64,000 bases of DNA from Tubiluchus corallicola (taxonomy: Eukaryota > Animalia > Priapulida). This document shows, piece by piece, positions 1 to 11,774 of the stretch. Where the stretch lies: assembly GCA_030141605.1 (NCBI GenBank), contig JAQGDQ010000593.1, positions 1-64,000 on the forward strand, given 5' to 3'. Position numbers and translations under genes: made by a program. The notes beneath the pieces are model-generated. The model was given only the letters and a program-made list of their open reading frames with translations, was not told the origin of the DNA and made no database searches. Numbering within the stretch: the stretch's first letter is position 1; every line of letters starts with the position of its first letter.

Positions 1-570
1 TACATCACACACTGATAGTACTACATCACACACTGATAGCACTACATCACACTCTGATAGCACTACACCACACACTGATAGTACTACATCACACACTGAT
101 AGCACTACATCACACTCTGATAGCACTACACCACACACTGATAGCACTACATCACACTCTGATAGCACTACATCACACACTGATAGCACTACACCACACA
201 CTGACAGTACTACATCACACACTGATAGCACTACATCACACTCTGATAGCACTACACCACACACTGATAGTACTACACCACACACTGATAGCACTACACC
301 ACACACTGACAGTACTACATCACACACTGATAGCACTACATCACACTGATAGCACTACACCACACACTGATAGTACTACACCACACACTGATAGTAGTAC
401 ATCACACTCTGATAGTACTACATCACACACTGATAGTACTACATCACACACTGATAGTACTACATCACACACTGATAGTACTACATCACACACTGATAGT
501 ACTACATCACACACTGATAGTACTACATCACACACTGATAGTACTACATCACACACTGATAGTACTACAT
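1..570. repeat. 21-bp minisatellite (TACATCACACACTGATAGTAC)n, intronic
   Basis: About 27 near-identical tandem units. It explains the spurious CDVVLSV ORF and ends ~10 bp from the donor site at 582. Confidence 0.97.
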
Positions 571-582
571 TGCACTGATTAC

Positions 583-749
583 CTTTAGTGAAGGCTTATC
601 TCTGCCTTTGTTCGTGTCCTTTGACTCAATTTGAGAAACTAATCGTTTGTAGACACCATCGAGGTCATTGCGGTGCCTTAAACACTGATCTTCCAGTCCT
701 GGAGTTTTCTTCTTTTCCTCAAAATACCGCCTCTTCCACAAATCCCTCG
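583..749 (-). CDS. SPATA1: SPATA1-like exon 11 (C-terminal coiled-coil domain): ARDLWKRRYFEEKKKTPGLEDQCLRHRNDLDGVYKRLVSQIESK...PSLK; gene continues left of the window
   Basis: Acceptor cttttccttag, donor AAG|gtaatc, phase 1 to 0. Matches recalled SPATA1 C-terminal motif ARDxWKKKYFExKK. Confidence 0.9.
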
Positions 750-794
750 CTAAGGAAAAGAAAACAGCACATCAAAACATCTATACGCTTTAAT

Positions 795-1281
795 TAGGTT
801 ACAACTGTGAAAGAATGTTCATAAAGAATTGTGGTTCATTTCACAACAATTATCGCCCATTGCGGGTAATGAGCTGAGAGAAAGCAGACACCGAAAACTC
901 GGGATTTGTAATTCACAATCATAATCTAATTAACGATATCGTTAATTGCCAGCTAATTTGAGAAAAATTTAATGTCATAAGTATCTCCCTACTGTGACAT
1001 GGGTACAGGTGGCGCTGTTGTATTGTGTGTTCAACAAGGATAACATCTCGGACCTGCTCTGTCATGTTGGACTGGTACTTCAGCTGACAGAGCATGGAAG
1101 TATTAATCCCAGGTCTCGAGTTCAAGTCCCGATTAGTCCCAATTTTTCAGCACCCTCTTTCTTCACAACTTCAGCACCCTTTTTCAGCACAAATCATTAC
1201 CCGCAACGAGTGTGATAATTGTGGTAAAATAATTCTGCAATGGTTTATGAACATTCTGCCACTTGCAGTCATGACCTAATT
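795..1281. mobile_element. Foldback/MITE-like element with ~80-bp degenerate inverted arms enclosing a tRNA-like cassette
   Basis: 797-872 (ggttac...agaatgttcataaa...acaattatc...ttgcgggtaatga) is the reverse complement of ~1194-1278 (tcattacccgcaa...gataattgt...tttatgaacattct...atgacc). Confidence 0.6.
1069..1140 (+). pseudogene. tRNA-like sequence (degenerate tRNA or SINE head, Lys-like framework)
   Basis: Acceptor-like stem ggactgg/ttagtcc, A-box-like tacttcagctgacagagc, B-box gagttcaagtccc, followed by a T-run. The arms are mismatched, so probably not a functional tRNA. Confidence 0.6.
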
Positions 1282-1686
1282 AATGACATCGTTAATTGGC
1301 AGGTTCGCTGGAAAAAGTTGACATCTGAATGATTTTACTAAAAACAGAAGAGAAAGAATAGTTTTAAATTACTTAAAACGTTGGAGTGAATTTTACTGAA
1401 ACTAAAGATAAATGTACCATCACGATAGTCGTGTGAATTCCACTTTACCGAGACATTGGCAGTAAATTATAACATCACTAGCTGTGCCAGTTTTAACCCA
1501 GTTAGGCAGATTTGTTCAAGTTGGACCCCGGGCCAAGAGGCGGGGCAGTGTACACACTCGAACGGAGGACACTACGATAGATTAATGAGTGTCCAGTGTG
1601 TATGAAGTTTCTTGATACTGTGAAAAGGCTTATTAATGACAATGACACAAACAGCGTTGCACAAAGTTGCACAAACGACAACAAAC

Positions 1687-1815
1687 CTTCGTTGCGTCTT
1701 TGACCCGTCCGGTTCTGTAGCTGTTTTGCTTTCTTCACCAGATCTTCATACTTTCTTTCCATCATACGACATTCTTCCTTCACGAACTGATACTGAGCTT
1801 GTTTATGCTCGTCAC
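1687..1815 (-). CDS. SPATA1: SPATA1-like exon 10: DEHKQAQYQFVKEECRMMERKYEDLVKKAKQLQNRTGQRRNE
   Basis: Acceptor ttttaacaaaag, donor GAAG|gtttgt, phase 1 to 1. LVKKAK...RR motif of SPATA1. Confidence 0.88.
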
Positions 1816-1877
1816 CTTTTGTTAAAAATCAATAAAAATCAATGATTGAGCTAGTAAATTTAAGCAAACAATCGATA

Positions 1878-2354
1878 AATCTGCTTAGCCACGAGGGTGA
1901 GCAATAATGGCACACTACTTGGAGCAAAAAGTGCTACTGCTGTAACTGTATAGTGTAAACAAGCAATATTTTCAATGTTTCAGTTATTAACGATAGGTGG
2001 CAGCACCACAGCAAAAGCAACACGGTGACACTTAATCTGCTTAGCCACGAGGGTTATCAATAATGGCACACTACTTGGAAAAAAAATGCTAATACTGTAA
2101 CTGTATAGTGTAAACAAGCAATATTTTCAACGTTTCAGTTATTAACTATAGGTGGCAGCACCACAGCAAAAGCAACACGGTGACACTTAATCTGCTTAGC
2201 CACGAGGATTATCAATAATGGCACACTACTTGGGGCAAAAAGTGCTAATACTGTAACTGTATAGTGTAAACAAGCAATATTTTCAACGTTTTAATTATTA
2301 ACGACAGGTGGCAGCACCAGAGCAAAAGCAACACGATGAGTCGATGACACTTAA
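1878..2354. repeat. ~156-bp tandem repeat x3
   Basis: Units start at 1878, 2034 and 2189. Each carries AGGTGGCAGCACC and a minus-strand tRNA A-box-like cctcgtggctaagcagatt. Confidence 0.93.
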
Positions 2355-2399
2355 TAAAGAATAATGTTACAATAAGGCCAAAATGCTAGAAGTGAAAAG

Positions 2400-2472
2400 T
2401 AGCGTGCTTCAGCTGTGTAATGGCAAGCCAACAGGATAGCAGAGGCTTGAGTTCGAGTCCTGGTTGAGGCGC
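2400..2472 (+). pseudogene. Degenerate tRNA-derived SINE-like head
   Basis: B-box gagttcgagtcctgg followed by a T-rich tract. The A-box is degenerate. Confidence 0.4.
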
Positions 2473-2650
2473 AAAACTTTTTCAGACTTTTTAATTTTTT
2501 ACAGCTGTCGTGTGTTTATATTTTTTATTAATGCGCGAGAGTTGATTCAAATCTTCAGGCTGCATGTTCTAGAATTAAGCACGAATTTTAATTAAAACAA
2601 AAATTAAAGCTCGCGCTTAACACATATTACAGAAATGAAGTTAGACTCAC

Positions 2651-2769
2651 TATCTTGGTCAGTCTGGTCAGCAGCAACTTGATGATTTTGCATCATGCGG
2701 TCATCCTGAGAGACTTCCGATCCGTTGAAACTGGCTTCGCTCGCATCCGTCTCTCTCACTGTGCTTAAC
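2651..2769 (-). CDS. SPATA1: SPATA1-like exon 9: LSTVRETDASEASFNGSEVSQDDRMMQNHQVAADQTDQD
   Basis: Acceptor ttttgtgcacacag, donor A|gtgagt. The only open frame is phase 2 to 1, which fits the neighbouring exons. Confidence 0.78.
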
Positions 2770-2829
2770 CTGTGTGCACAAAAGTAATTCACATTAACAA
2801 CTTGCGCATTAATGTTAGTCTTCGGAAGC

Positions 2830-3221
2830 AATAAACCTTTTCACAGTTTCGTTGTGCTCATGCACAGTTAGTGTAGGTCAAAGGTTAAGTGTACCGCAGC
2901 AACGCATCTTAACTACAACCGTCAAATGATGTGGGTAAAGCAAAGCCATCTGCCACATCGGTTCAATAACTTCAGTTTGTTTTACATGGATTTTACTCAA
3001 TTATGCATTAGTCTGTGCGTAGAATGATTTACTAGCAGGATTTTGCTTGGGAACAAGAAAAAATGAACTAGGTAAGATTCTAGCTACCTGTTAAAACTGT
3101 TACTATTACAATAGCATGGGCTGTGAGGAGTTGTCAAGCACACAAATCTGTTGTCTGGTACACTTAACCTTGGACCTTTTCATGGTCAGCTTCAATCGCT
3201 GGAACTGTGAAAAGGCTTATT
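2830..3221. mobile_element. MITE family A, full copy (TIR AATAAGCCTTTTCACAG)
   Basis: 17-bp terminal inverted repeats. Internal sequence is shared with copies at 11246, 17127, 54335 and a remnant at 15101. Confidence 0.9.
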
Positions 3222-3474
3222 GATGATGATACAAATAAGGTACTCTAAGGAAGACAAGTGTAAAAGTACAAAGCAGAAATCAAACACAAAATATTGAAAG
3301 ATTACAACATGCTCCTTTTTTACTACAATTAAACTATCATATCCGTTCAGCAGTGCAAAGCAGGCAAATACATGTTCTTATACAGTATGTGTGGTTCTAC
3401 ATGGCCTCCAAAAATGCAGAGTCTTGGGTTCAAATCAAATCAAATCAATTTATTTCACTCCTGCAATGCATATA

Positions 3475-4104
3475 CAGTGTTCCCTTGCTACTTCACGGTT
3501 TGTTTACCGTGGACTCGCTGTTTCGCGGGTTTTCAAAAATATTAATGTAAAATATTTATCGCGGTATTTTCGCTGTTTCGCTGTTTCGCAGGTTTTTGTG
3601 GTACACCGTCTAAAGTATTTTTGCACATGCGTAGTACGTATTGTATAGTAATGTATAGATTTGAAGAATTTTGCATAAAAAAATCACGAAATGTATAAAA
3701 ATATACTAAAAATATTAATTCTAACATTAAAAAAACATTATAAATCATAAAAAATTACCATTTACAGTAAATAGTATTTATTCGGCGGATGAATACACAC
3801 CAAAAACGAAATGAAGTACTTGAGCCCGCTTGAGATGCTACTTGCCGACGTGAGATTATACACAACACAATGAACATTTTTATGAACATTTAAGTAAAGT
3901 TTTTTAATGTAATGTACATGTACAGCATGGGAAAAGTTATTAAGGGAATGGGAAAGGGTTATGTACAAGAGTGTGGGAGTGTCTATAAAGATTTAAAATA
4001 ATGTATAACTACTAAAAAATAAGTATGGTGTCCCTACTTTGTGGAAATTCACTTATCGCGGGTGGGCCTGGAACGGAATACCCATGATAAGTGAGGGAAC
4101 ACGG
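3475..4104. mobile_element. pogo/Tigger-like (Tc1/mariner) MITE
   Basis: TA|CAGTGTTCCCT ... AGGGAACACGG|TA termini with TA target duplication. Confidence 0.8.
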
Positions 4105-5261
4105 TACAATGGATCAATGTACTTGATTCCCCCGGAAGAACAGTTCAAGGATAAAAAATTTTCATGTCATCCAATGAGTTTTGTTATCTATACTTGAAGG
4201 CAGGTAAAGTGGCTGGTTGGCGCCGCCTCGCACCTTTCAACCACGTTGCTCTCGTCAACAAATTGAAAGAAATCGATCTCTCATTGTGTGCAAGAAGTCG
4301 ATATTAATCAACAAATGTCATTGAAAGCCTATCAGCTCATTAGTATCAATCAATGAAATGTATAATTCTGTATATTGAATCAATAAAGTGTATAATTTTG
4401 TATATTGAATTAACGAAATGTATAATTTTGTATACTGAATCAATGAAATGTATAATTTTGTATATTGAATCAATGAAATGTATAAAAATATACTAAAAAT
4501 ATTAATTCTAACATTAAAAAAACATTATAAATCATAAAAAATTACCATTTACAGTAAATAGTATTTATTCGGCGGATGAATACACACCAAAAACGAAATG
4601 AAGTACTTGAGCCCGCTTGAGATGCTACTTGCCGACGTGAGATTATACACAACACAATGAACATTTTTATGAACATTTAAGTAAAGTTTTTTAATGTAAT
4701 GTACATGTACAGCATGGGAAAAGTTATTAAGGGAATGGGAAAGGGTTATGTACAAGAGTGTGGGAGTGTCTATAAAGATTTAAAATAATGTATAACTACT
4801 AAAAAATAAGTATGGTGTCCCTACTTTGTGGAAATTCACTTATCGCGGGTGGGCCTGGAACGGAATACCCATGATAAGTGAGGGAACACGGTACAATGGA
4901 TCAATGTACTTGATTCCCCCGGAAGAACAGTTCAAGGATAAAAAATTTTCATGTCATCCAATGAGTTTTGTTATCTATACTTGAAGGCAGGTAAAGTGGC
5001 TGGTTGGCGCCGCCTCGCACCTTTCAACCACGTTGCTCTCGTCAACAAATTGAAAGAAATCGATCTCTCATTGTGTGCAAGAAGTCGATATTAATCAACA
5101 AATGTCATTGAAAGCCTATCAGCTCATTAGTATCAATCAATGAAATGTATAATTCTGTATATTGAATCAATAAAGTGTATAATTTTGTATATTGAATTAA
5201 CGAAATGTATAATTTTGTATACTGAATCAATGAAATGTATAATTTTGTATATTGAATCAAT
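3688..5261. repeat. 787-bp near-perfect tandem duplication (3688-4474 / 4475-5261)
   Basis: Identical ORFs at 3762 and 4549 (offset 787). The junction lies at the shared GAAATGTATAA. Confidence 0.92.
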
Positions 5262-6179
5262 GAAATGTATAATTCTGTATATGGAATCAATGAAATGTAT
5301 AATTTTGTATATCGAATTAACGAAATGTATAATTTTGTATACTGAATCAATGAAATGTATAATTTTGTATATTGAATCAATGAAATGTATAATTCTGTAT
5401 ATGGAATCAATGAAATGTATAATTTTGTATATCGAATCAATGAAATGTATAATTCTGTATATCGAATCAATGAAATGTATAATTCTGTATATGGAATCAA
5501 TGAAATGTATAATTTTGTATATTGAATCAATGAAATGTATAATTCTGTATATCGAATCAATGAAATGTATAATTCTGTATATTGAATCAATGAAATGTAT
5601 AATTTTGTATATTGAATCAATGAAATGTATAATTTTGTATATTGAATCAATAAAGTGTATAATTTTGTATATTGAATCAATGAAATGTATAATTTTGTAT
5701 ATTGAATCAATGAAATGTATAATTTTGTATATTGAATCAATAAAGTGTATAATTTTGTATATTGAATTAACGAAATGTATAATTTTGTATACTGAATCAA
5801 TGAAATGTATAATTTTGTATATTGAATCAATAAAGTGTATAATTTTGTATATTGAATTAACGAAATGTATAATTTTGTATACTGAATCAATGAAATGTAT
5901 AATTTTGTATATTGAATCAATGAAATGTATAATTCTGTATATTGAATCAATGAAATGTATAATTCTGTATATCGAATCAATGAAATGTATAATTCTGCAT
6001 ATTGAATCAATGAAATGTATAATTCTGTATATCGAATCAATGAAATGTATAATTCTGTATATTGAATCAATGAAATGTATAATTTTGTATATTGAATCAA
6101 TGAAATGTATAATTTTGTATATTGAATCAATGAAATGTATAATTTTGTATATTGAATCAATGAAATGTATAATTCTGTA
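5134..6179. repeat. 30-bp minisatellite (ATTGAATCAATGAAATGTATAATTTTGTAT)n
   Basis: About 35 tandem units. Source of the 351- and 358-aa repetitive ORFs. Confidence 0.97.
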
Positions 6180-6946
6180 CAGTTTTGCCGGTTACATTAA
6201 AATTACTAGAACGTGAGAGAATAACAACGCATACTATCATTATGTAACAGGCTAGAAGAGACGGATTTGACTTAAGCTGAGATGATTAGCATAAAAGATA
6301 AAATAAGTGTCAGACCATACATCTGGGCAATAGGGTATATTGGGGTAATATCGGCCATCGGCTAATGTCGGTCACCCATTTCTATGCACTCTAAACATGT
6401 CACGTGACGTAGTTTAGGTTTTTATAAAGCCTATTGTTGCCAATCAGTAGAGCCAGCATTGTTCAGCTAGACGTGTTTCCTTGTTCTAGTTCACCTCAGC
6501 ATCAGCAACAGATTTCGAGAAAAGTTAGCTGATTTACTACAATATTTCATAATTGCGTTTTACAATATGCTTAGTAATTACTAGTTACTAATGAACAATC
6601 ATCTATGCTGAGGATGTTAAAGTCTTTTTCAAATAATGAATTAGATGGTACTAGACGTTTCTGAAACAATTAGACGATTAATTCTACATTACCATGAGTC
6701 TAATACACAGTGCCTACAGTATTAGCTTAGTATCAGTAAATACGGACGATTGGCAAATTCAAACCAACGTCTCCCCACTTTTATGCGGCAAACCGAGATA
6801 CGAGTGTAATATACAAGATGGACATTCGTTGTAAGCTTTAAATTTGTTGTAAATTTTACAGCGCATTTTCTTACGTTAATGTCAAAAAACAAACTAACTA
6901 CCTAAGCTAGCAAAGTATACGTGCGCTTAGATGTAATAAGATGAGA

Positions 6947-7440
6947 ACAGAAAGAAACCACATCACTTTCAACACACAGAAAGAAACCATGTCACTTTCA
7001 ACACACAGAAAGAAACCACATCACTTTCAACACACAGAAAGAAACCACATCACTTTCAACACACAGAAAGAAACCACATCACTTTCAACACACAGAAAGA
7101 AACCACATCAACTTTCAACACACAGAAAGAAACCACATCACTTTCAACACACAGAAAGAAACCACATCACTTTCAACACACAGAAAGAAACCACATCACT
7201 TTCAACACACAGAAAGAAACCACATCACTTTCAACACACAGAAAGAAACCACATCACTTTCAACACACAGAAAGAAACCACATCACTTTCAACACACAGA
7301 AAGAAACCACATCACTTTCAACACACAGAAAGAAACCCCATCACTTTCAACACACAGAAAGAAACCACATCACTTTCAACACACAGAAAGAAACCACATC
7401 ACTTTCAACACACAGAAAGAAACCACATCACTTTCAACAC
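6947..7440. repeat. 29-bp minisatellite (ACAGAAAGAAACCACATCACTTTCAACAC)n
   Basis: About 17 near-identical units. Confidence 0.97.
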
Positions 7441-7516
7441 AAACCACTTTTATCCTAAACCACATCCTAGTAAAACGATCATTTTAGGATCAAGAAGACG
7501 TATATAATTACTAAAC

Positions 7517-7561
7517 CTTTTCTGACTTCCACTCGACCGTGACGTTGTCAAACTCTCGTCA
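7517..7561 (-). CDS. SPATA1: SPATA1-like exon 8 (45-nt symmetric exon): DESLTTSRSSGSQK
   Basis: Strong acceptor ttttttacatttcag, donor AAAG|gtttag, open in phase 2 to 2. No homology support, so it may be skippable. Confidence 0.62.
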
Positions 7562-7699
7562 CTGAAATGTAAAAAATAATCGATAACACATGCAAAATGA
7601 GTTACAAAATTTATATACTCTCAGTTTTTTAACTTTCCTTACTTACATTGGTCAAATTCTCTTGTTAATAAGACCCCTATTGTATGACAATTACTGATT

Positions 7700-8025
7700 A
7701 TTACCCTAATAAATACTGATTAATTGTATTGTTTTGTTTAGATTTAGGTATCTAACTTTATCATTTTTTGTTTTCACTACTTTTTTGATAATTTGTATCA
7801 TTTATACTGTTTTTATTATTATATTTTTCTTATTTATTTTTTGTTTTTGTTATCTGCAGCATCACCATTTAATTTTAATATACTAATCTATTTACAAGAA
7901 AGGGCAGAAGACTAGATGACCCTATGGTCCTTCCCTGCCCTGCTCCAGGATAATAATTACGTAATATTTAAAAAAAATTTTTATATCAAACTAGTTGGAG
8001 AAAATAAAATGTTCTATGTTCTATA
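7700..8025 (+). mobile_element. CR1/L2-type LINE 3' end
   Basis: Stem-loop agggcag..GACTAGATGACC..GGTCCTTCC ctgccct resembles CR1 3' ends. Followed by AATAAA and a GTTCTAT repeat tail. The 5' boundary is approximate. Confidence 0.6.
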
Positions 8026-8038
8026 TCGTAGTCAAACC

Positions 8039-8146
8039 TACTTAGCCTGATTTCCTTTTAAAGGCAGGTTCTCACGATAATACAATCGGCATTTGTATTA
8101 ACTTCAGTGTTGAAAACCTGCCTTTAAAAGGAAATCAGGCTAAGTA
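8039..8146. repeat. Perfect 32-bp inverted repeat with 44-bp spacer (mini-MITE)
   Basis: tacttagcctgatttccttttaaaggcaggtt (8039-8070) is the exact reverse complement of 8115-8146. Confidence 0.9.
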
Positions 8147-8924
8147 ATCAGGCAGCATAATAACTTCAATGTTTCTCCCAAATTATTGATCTGCCAAACC
8201 ACACGACATCCTAAAACTACCGTTAAGTAACAACATTAGCCTTTTTTTAGGCTGTAAGTCAGCTATGATGACCTCTGACTAGGCAATTTTCTTTTTAGGA
8301 AAAAATGTTAATTGATTTGTTAATGTCGGTTCTGTAAATACATATAAATACATATAAATACATCTATCAATACATATAAATTGATATAACATTGAAAAAA
8401 ATAAATAAACTATGCGAGTTACTGTGAGGAGGGGGAAGGAGCATTGAGCTTTCGAGTCCTCCTCCAGATAAGTGAAACAATTGATAATTAACATTACATT
8501 TTCATCAGTTATAACGTACATTAGAACAAAATAAGTTTTGTTAGTAACTTAAGATCAGGATGAGTAAAATTGTGAGTTAATTATACCGTTGTAGTAGGTA
8601 ATTCTTTGATGCTTTTTTAAATTGATAAAGATTAAGAGTTTTCATTTCACGCGGAATTGATGACCATATTTTAATATCATTATATTTTGATGACTGTTTC
8701 ATTATATTTGTTTTTGGAAGAGGGAGTACATAGTTTCCGACTGATTAATCGACTGATTTAGTAATTAATAATTAACAGTCATTGAACTCCAGAAGAATTT
8801 TCTGTCCCCTCACGCTTGTGCCCTGTACATCACGACAGAGTAAATTAAAGTGCTGGTTCATTTGCTATTTCTGAGAACAGCCTTAACTGTTTAATATCTG
8901 AATTAATTGTGAGCACTGACTCTG

Positions 8925-9235
8925 AGTGAGCATTCGGATCAAAATTGAACGTTCCAATTCGATTCAAACGACTTTTTTACCTCAAATTCAATTCAGAGCG
9001 ATATAGTTTCAATTTCTGTGCATAAATTTTTAACAAATTGTTTGCGCTTTTACTGCAGAACAAAATCGAGTAATATGCAAGATCTTTGTGAGACTGTTTC
9101 TGTTAGTGAGTAGAAAATTTATTTGAGAAATCAATTGCATTCGAGTTCGATTCAGATTCATCTGGAAATTCAGTTTGATGCCAGTTCAAAAAATTTGATT
9201 TGAATTCATTTTCTGGTAAAGAACGTTCACCTCTA
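8925..9235. mobile_element. Old hAT-like MITE with TTCGA-rich subterminal motifs
   Basis: Ends gtgagcattc...gaacgttcacctcta. A related copy lies in opposite orientation at 25020-25358. Confidence 0.45.
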
Positions 9236-9310
9236 CCGAGTACTGACAAACCCACAAACTCATTACATTAAGACACAGTTTATTATACTAATAAAACGAA
9301 TAATAGTCAC

Positions 9311-9733
9311 CTCAGAGTAAGTGGTAGGCTTAAGTCATTTTCACTGCTCCTGTTCTCCGGTAAACCTGATCCAACCTCGTCCACGTCAATTCCGTTCTCC
9401 ATGTGCTCGATCCTTCTCGCTTCATTAAGTACAACATCGTCGGCAACTTCCGCATTATCACCACCGTTTACTGCCGACTCGTCTACCGTACTCATTTTCG
9501 CTTCGTTTTCTTTCGGGTTTTTGGATTTGTTTGTTATTCTCCTGGGAATGCCTCCGCCGCCCTTCCGCTTCTTGGCAACTCGGATGCCCTGCTCGGCCGC
9601 CGCGTACGCTTCCGGGCGGCGAAGACCCTTCACCGTTTCGTTTCGAGCTATTTCCTCGTCGGTCAGTATGTCATATTGTCCAGTTTCGACATTGTAGCCG
9701 TAGTCGGCAGAGACCGATTCGTCCTTCATAGAA
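9311..9733 (-). CDS. SPATA1: SPATA1-like exon 7: SMKDESVSADYGYNVETGQYDIL...VAKKRKGGGG...LSLPLTL
   Basis: GC-rich 423-nt open frame, acceptor tttttaatgcag, donor GAG|gtgact, phase 2 to 2. Confidence 0.82.
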
Positions 9734-10762
9734 CTGCATTAAAAATACAATGTATAAATGTACTGTTGTTGATTTAATGCAACATTACACACAAAATGGT
9801 CATTAAAAGCAACCAATCAGGCAGCATTTTTCAGACATGAATGTGTTACTCGTTAAAGATAAAAATCACATAATTTTCTCCTATGTAAACCACCAAGAAA
9901 AAGTTAAAAATGTATCAAAAAATCTTAGGGCATTTTCTTCTATTTTTGTGTAAAACTGAAGCTTCATAACGTACACTGTATCTAAGACTTAAGACTGATA
10001 AAAACATGGACATACATGCATTAAAGATAGACCGGACGATTGTTTAGACTCAATCTCATTTAAATTTACTGTCGAAAATATACATTTTCTTACCTATAAA
10101 AGTTAGCAATTGTTTCTTATATTTGAATAATTTGCTTAGAAAGTTAATTAATGGCAACCGAACACAGCTATTGCTCAGAAACTAACTACAGTTTGTGCAA
10201 TGGCAGGCATCTCCCCTTGTGAGTCAAGCACGTTTGCGTAAGTATTACTGCTTAAATGCGTGATGTCACGAAAATGGGCTCTACGTCATATGACGTCAGA
10301 AACTAAAACTGCAGTTCATGATCATGGCTATCACGGTACCGCCTTCTATTTGTCGGCCACGCGAATGTGACGAAAAGGCATCATTGCCAGTCTTAGTAGA
10401 TTCACTGAGCCACGCGTAGCTTTAAAAGTTTAACAAAATTTGAGTGTCTGACGTAATTATTATTTAATCTAAGCTTTGATTTAAAATAAGCTATTGTAGT
10501 TTTCAATATTTTAGAGCATTCTTTATTCTGAACTCGTATTTCCACAATCATCCTGTTTTCCTTTAAATTTCTTGATCCTTACTTCCATGGATTCCACTTT
10601 TTTGAACATAGTTCTAACCTTTCTGTTTGGGTGCCGTTGTCGGACAGAGAAACACCGGAGTCATCCTTGATCCTTGATTCTGATCAAGGTGATTAAGGGG
10701 ATCAAGCATCAACATAGTTCCAAGCAGCGCATGCCAATAATTACACCTGATACAAGACCAAC

Positions 10763-10979
10763 CTTTCTGTCTGGGTGCCGTTGTCGGACAGAAGAACACC
10801 GGAATCGTCCGTGCTGGGTGTGGCACCTCTCTTCTGTACAGCATGAACTTTCTTTCCCGGGACGGACATCTGTAGTTCCGAATCTGTCGGAGACACGCTG
10901 AGAGCGCTGTACATTGGGTCACCATTCTGTGGGTCACCATTGCGGACGGTAGTCAGGACGTTGTCGGGGGACACGCCAC
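10763..10979 (-). CDS. SPATA1: SPATA1-like exon 6: GVSPDNVLTTVRNGDPQNGDP...DDSGVLLSDNGTQTE
   Basis: Acceptor aatttgtag, donor AAAG|gttggt, phase 1 to 2, compatible with both neighbours. Confidence 0.78.
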
Positions 10980-11245
10980 CTACAAATTCCACAAGATTTG
11001 CTTTAATAGTTTATAAATTACCTGCTCTCACATCACAAGCAAACATTTCAGATTTTACTGGAAAATTCTTAGAAATTTTAGCATAACTTGAACAATTACA
11101 TGACTGATCGCTTGAATAATTGTTAATCGACTGATCGAATTATTGAATTAACGCTGGATAGGTAGATGTGTAAATCCGGTGACATGATCCGCCATGGACA
11201 CCACACTAACTTGCGTTGCAATCTAGATTACAAATCAGCGCTTAC

Positions 11246-11774
11246 AATAAGTCTTTTCACAGTTTCGTTGCACGCAGTTGCTGCAGGTCAGAGGTCAAGT
11301 GTACTAAGTGTACCACCGCAATGCGTCTTAACTACAACTGTCACGTGACATGTGGGTAACGCAAAGCCATCTGCCACATCAGTTCAGCAAGTTCAGTTGT
11401 TTTACGTGGACTTTACTAAATTATACATTAGTCTGATGAGTACCACTGCAACGCGTCTTAACTACAACCGTCACGTGAGATGTGGGTAACGCAAAGCCAT
11501 CTGCCACATCAGTTCAGCAAGTTCAGTTGTTTTAAGTGGACTTTACTAAATTATGCATTAGTCTGTGAGTAGAGTGATTTACTAGCACATTCTTGCTTAG
11601 GAAACAAGAAAAAATGAACTAGGTAAGGTTCTAGCTAGTTGTTAAAACTGTAACTATTACAACAGAATGAGTTGTGAGACATTGTTAAGTGTACACAAAT
11701 GCATTGTCTGGTACACTTAACCTTTGACCTTCTCACGATCATCATCAATCGCTGGAGCTGTGAAAAGGCTTATT
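11246..11774. mobile_element. MITE family A, full copy with ~130-bp internal tandem duplication
   Basis: TIRs aataagtcttttcacag / ctgtgaaaaggcttatt. The internal block ~11310-11440 is repeated. Confidence 0.9.

Noticed and set aside
1069-1140. Functional tRNA gene
   Set aside because: D- and anticodon arms are poorly paired, and the sequence is embedded in a foldback repeat.
5105-6216. 351-aa and 358-aa ORFs
   Set aside because: Read-through of a 30-bp minisatellite inside an intron, open on both strands and without splice context.
6331-6378. pogo-like left TIR (gggtatattggggtaatatcggcca)
   Set aside because: No matching right TIR found, so the element cannot be delimited.
8423-8461. Additional 39-nt phase-2 SPATA1 exon (RTRKLNAPSPSS)
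   Set aside because: It needs a weak GAG acceptor and donor, and the segment also folds like a LINE 3' stem-loop. Unsupported without RNA data.
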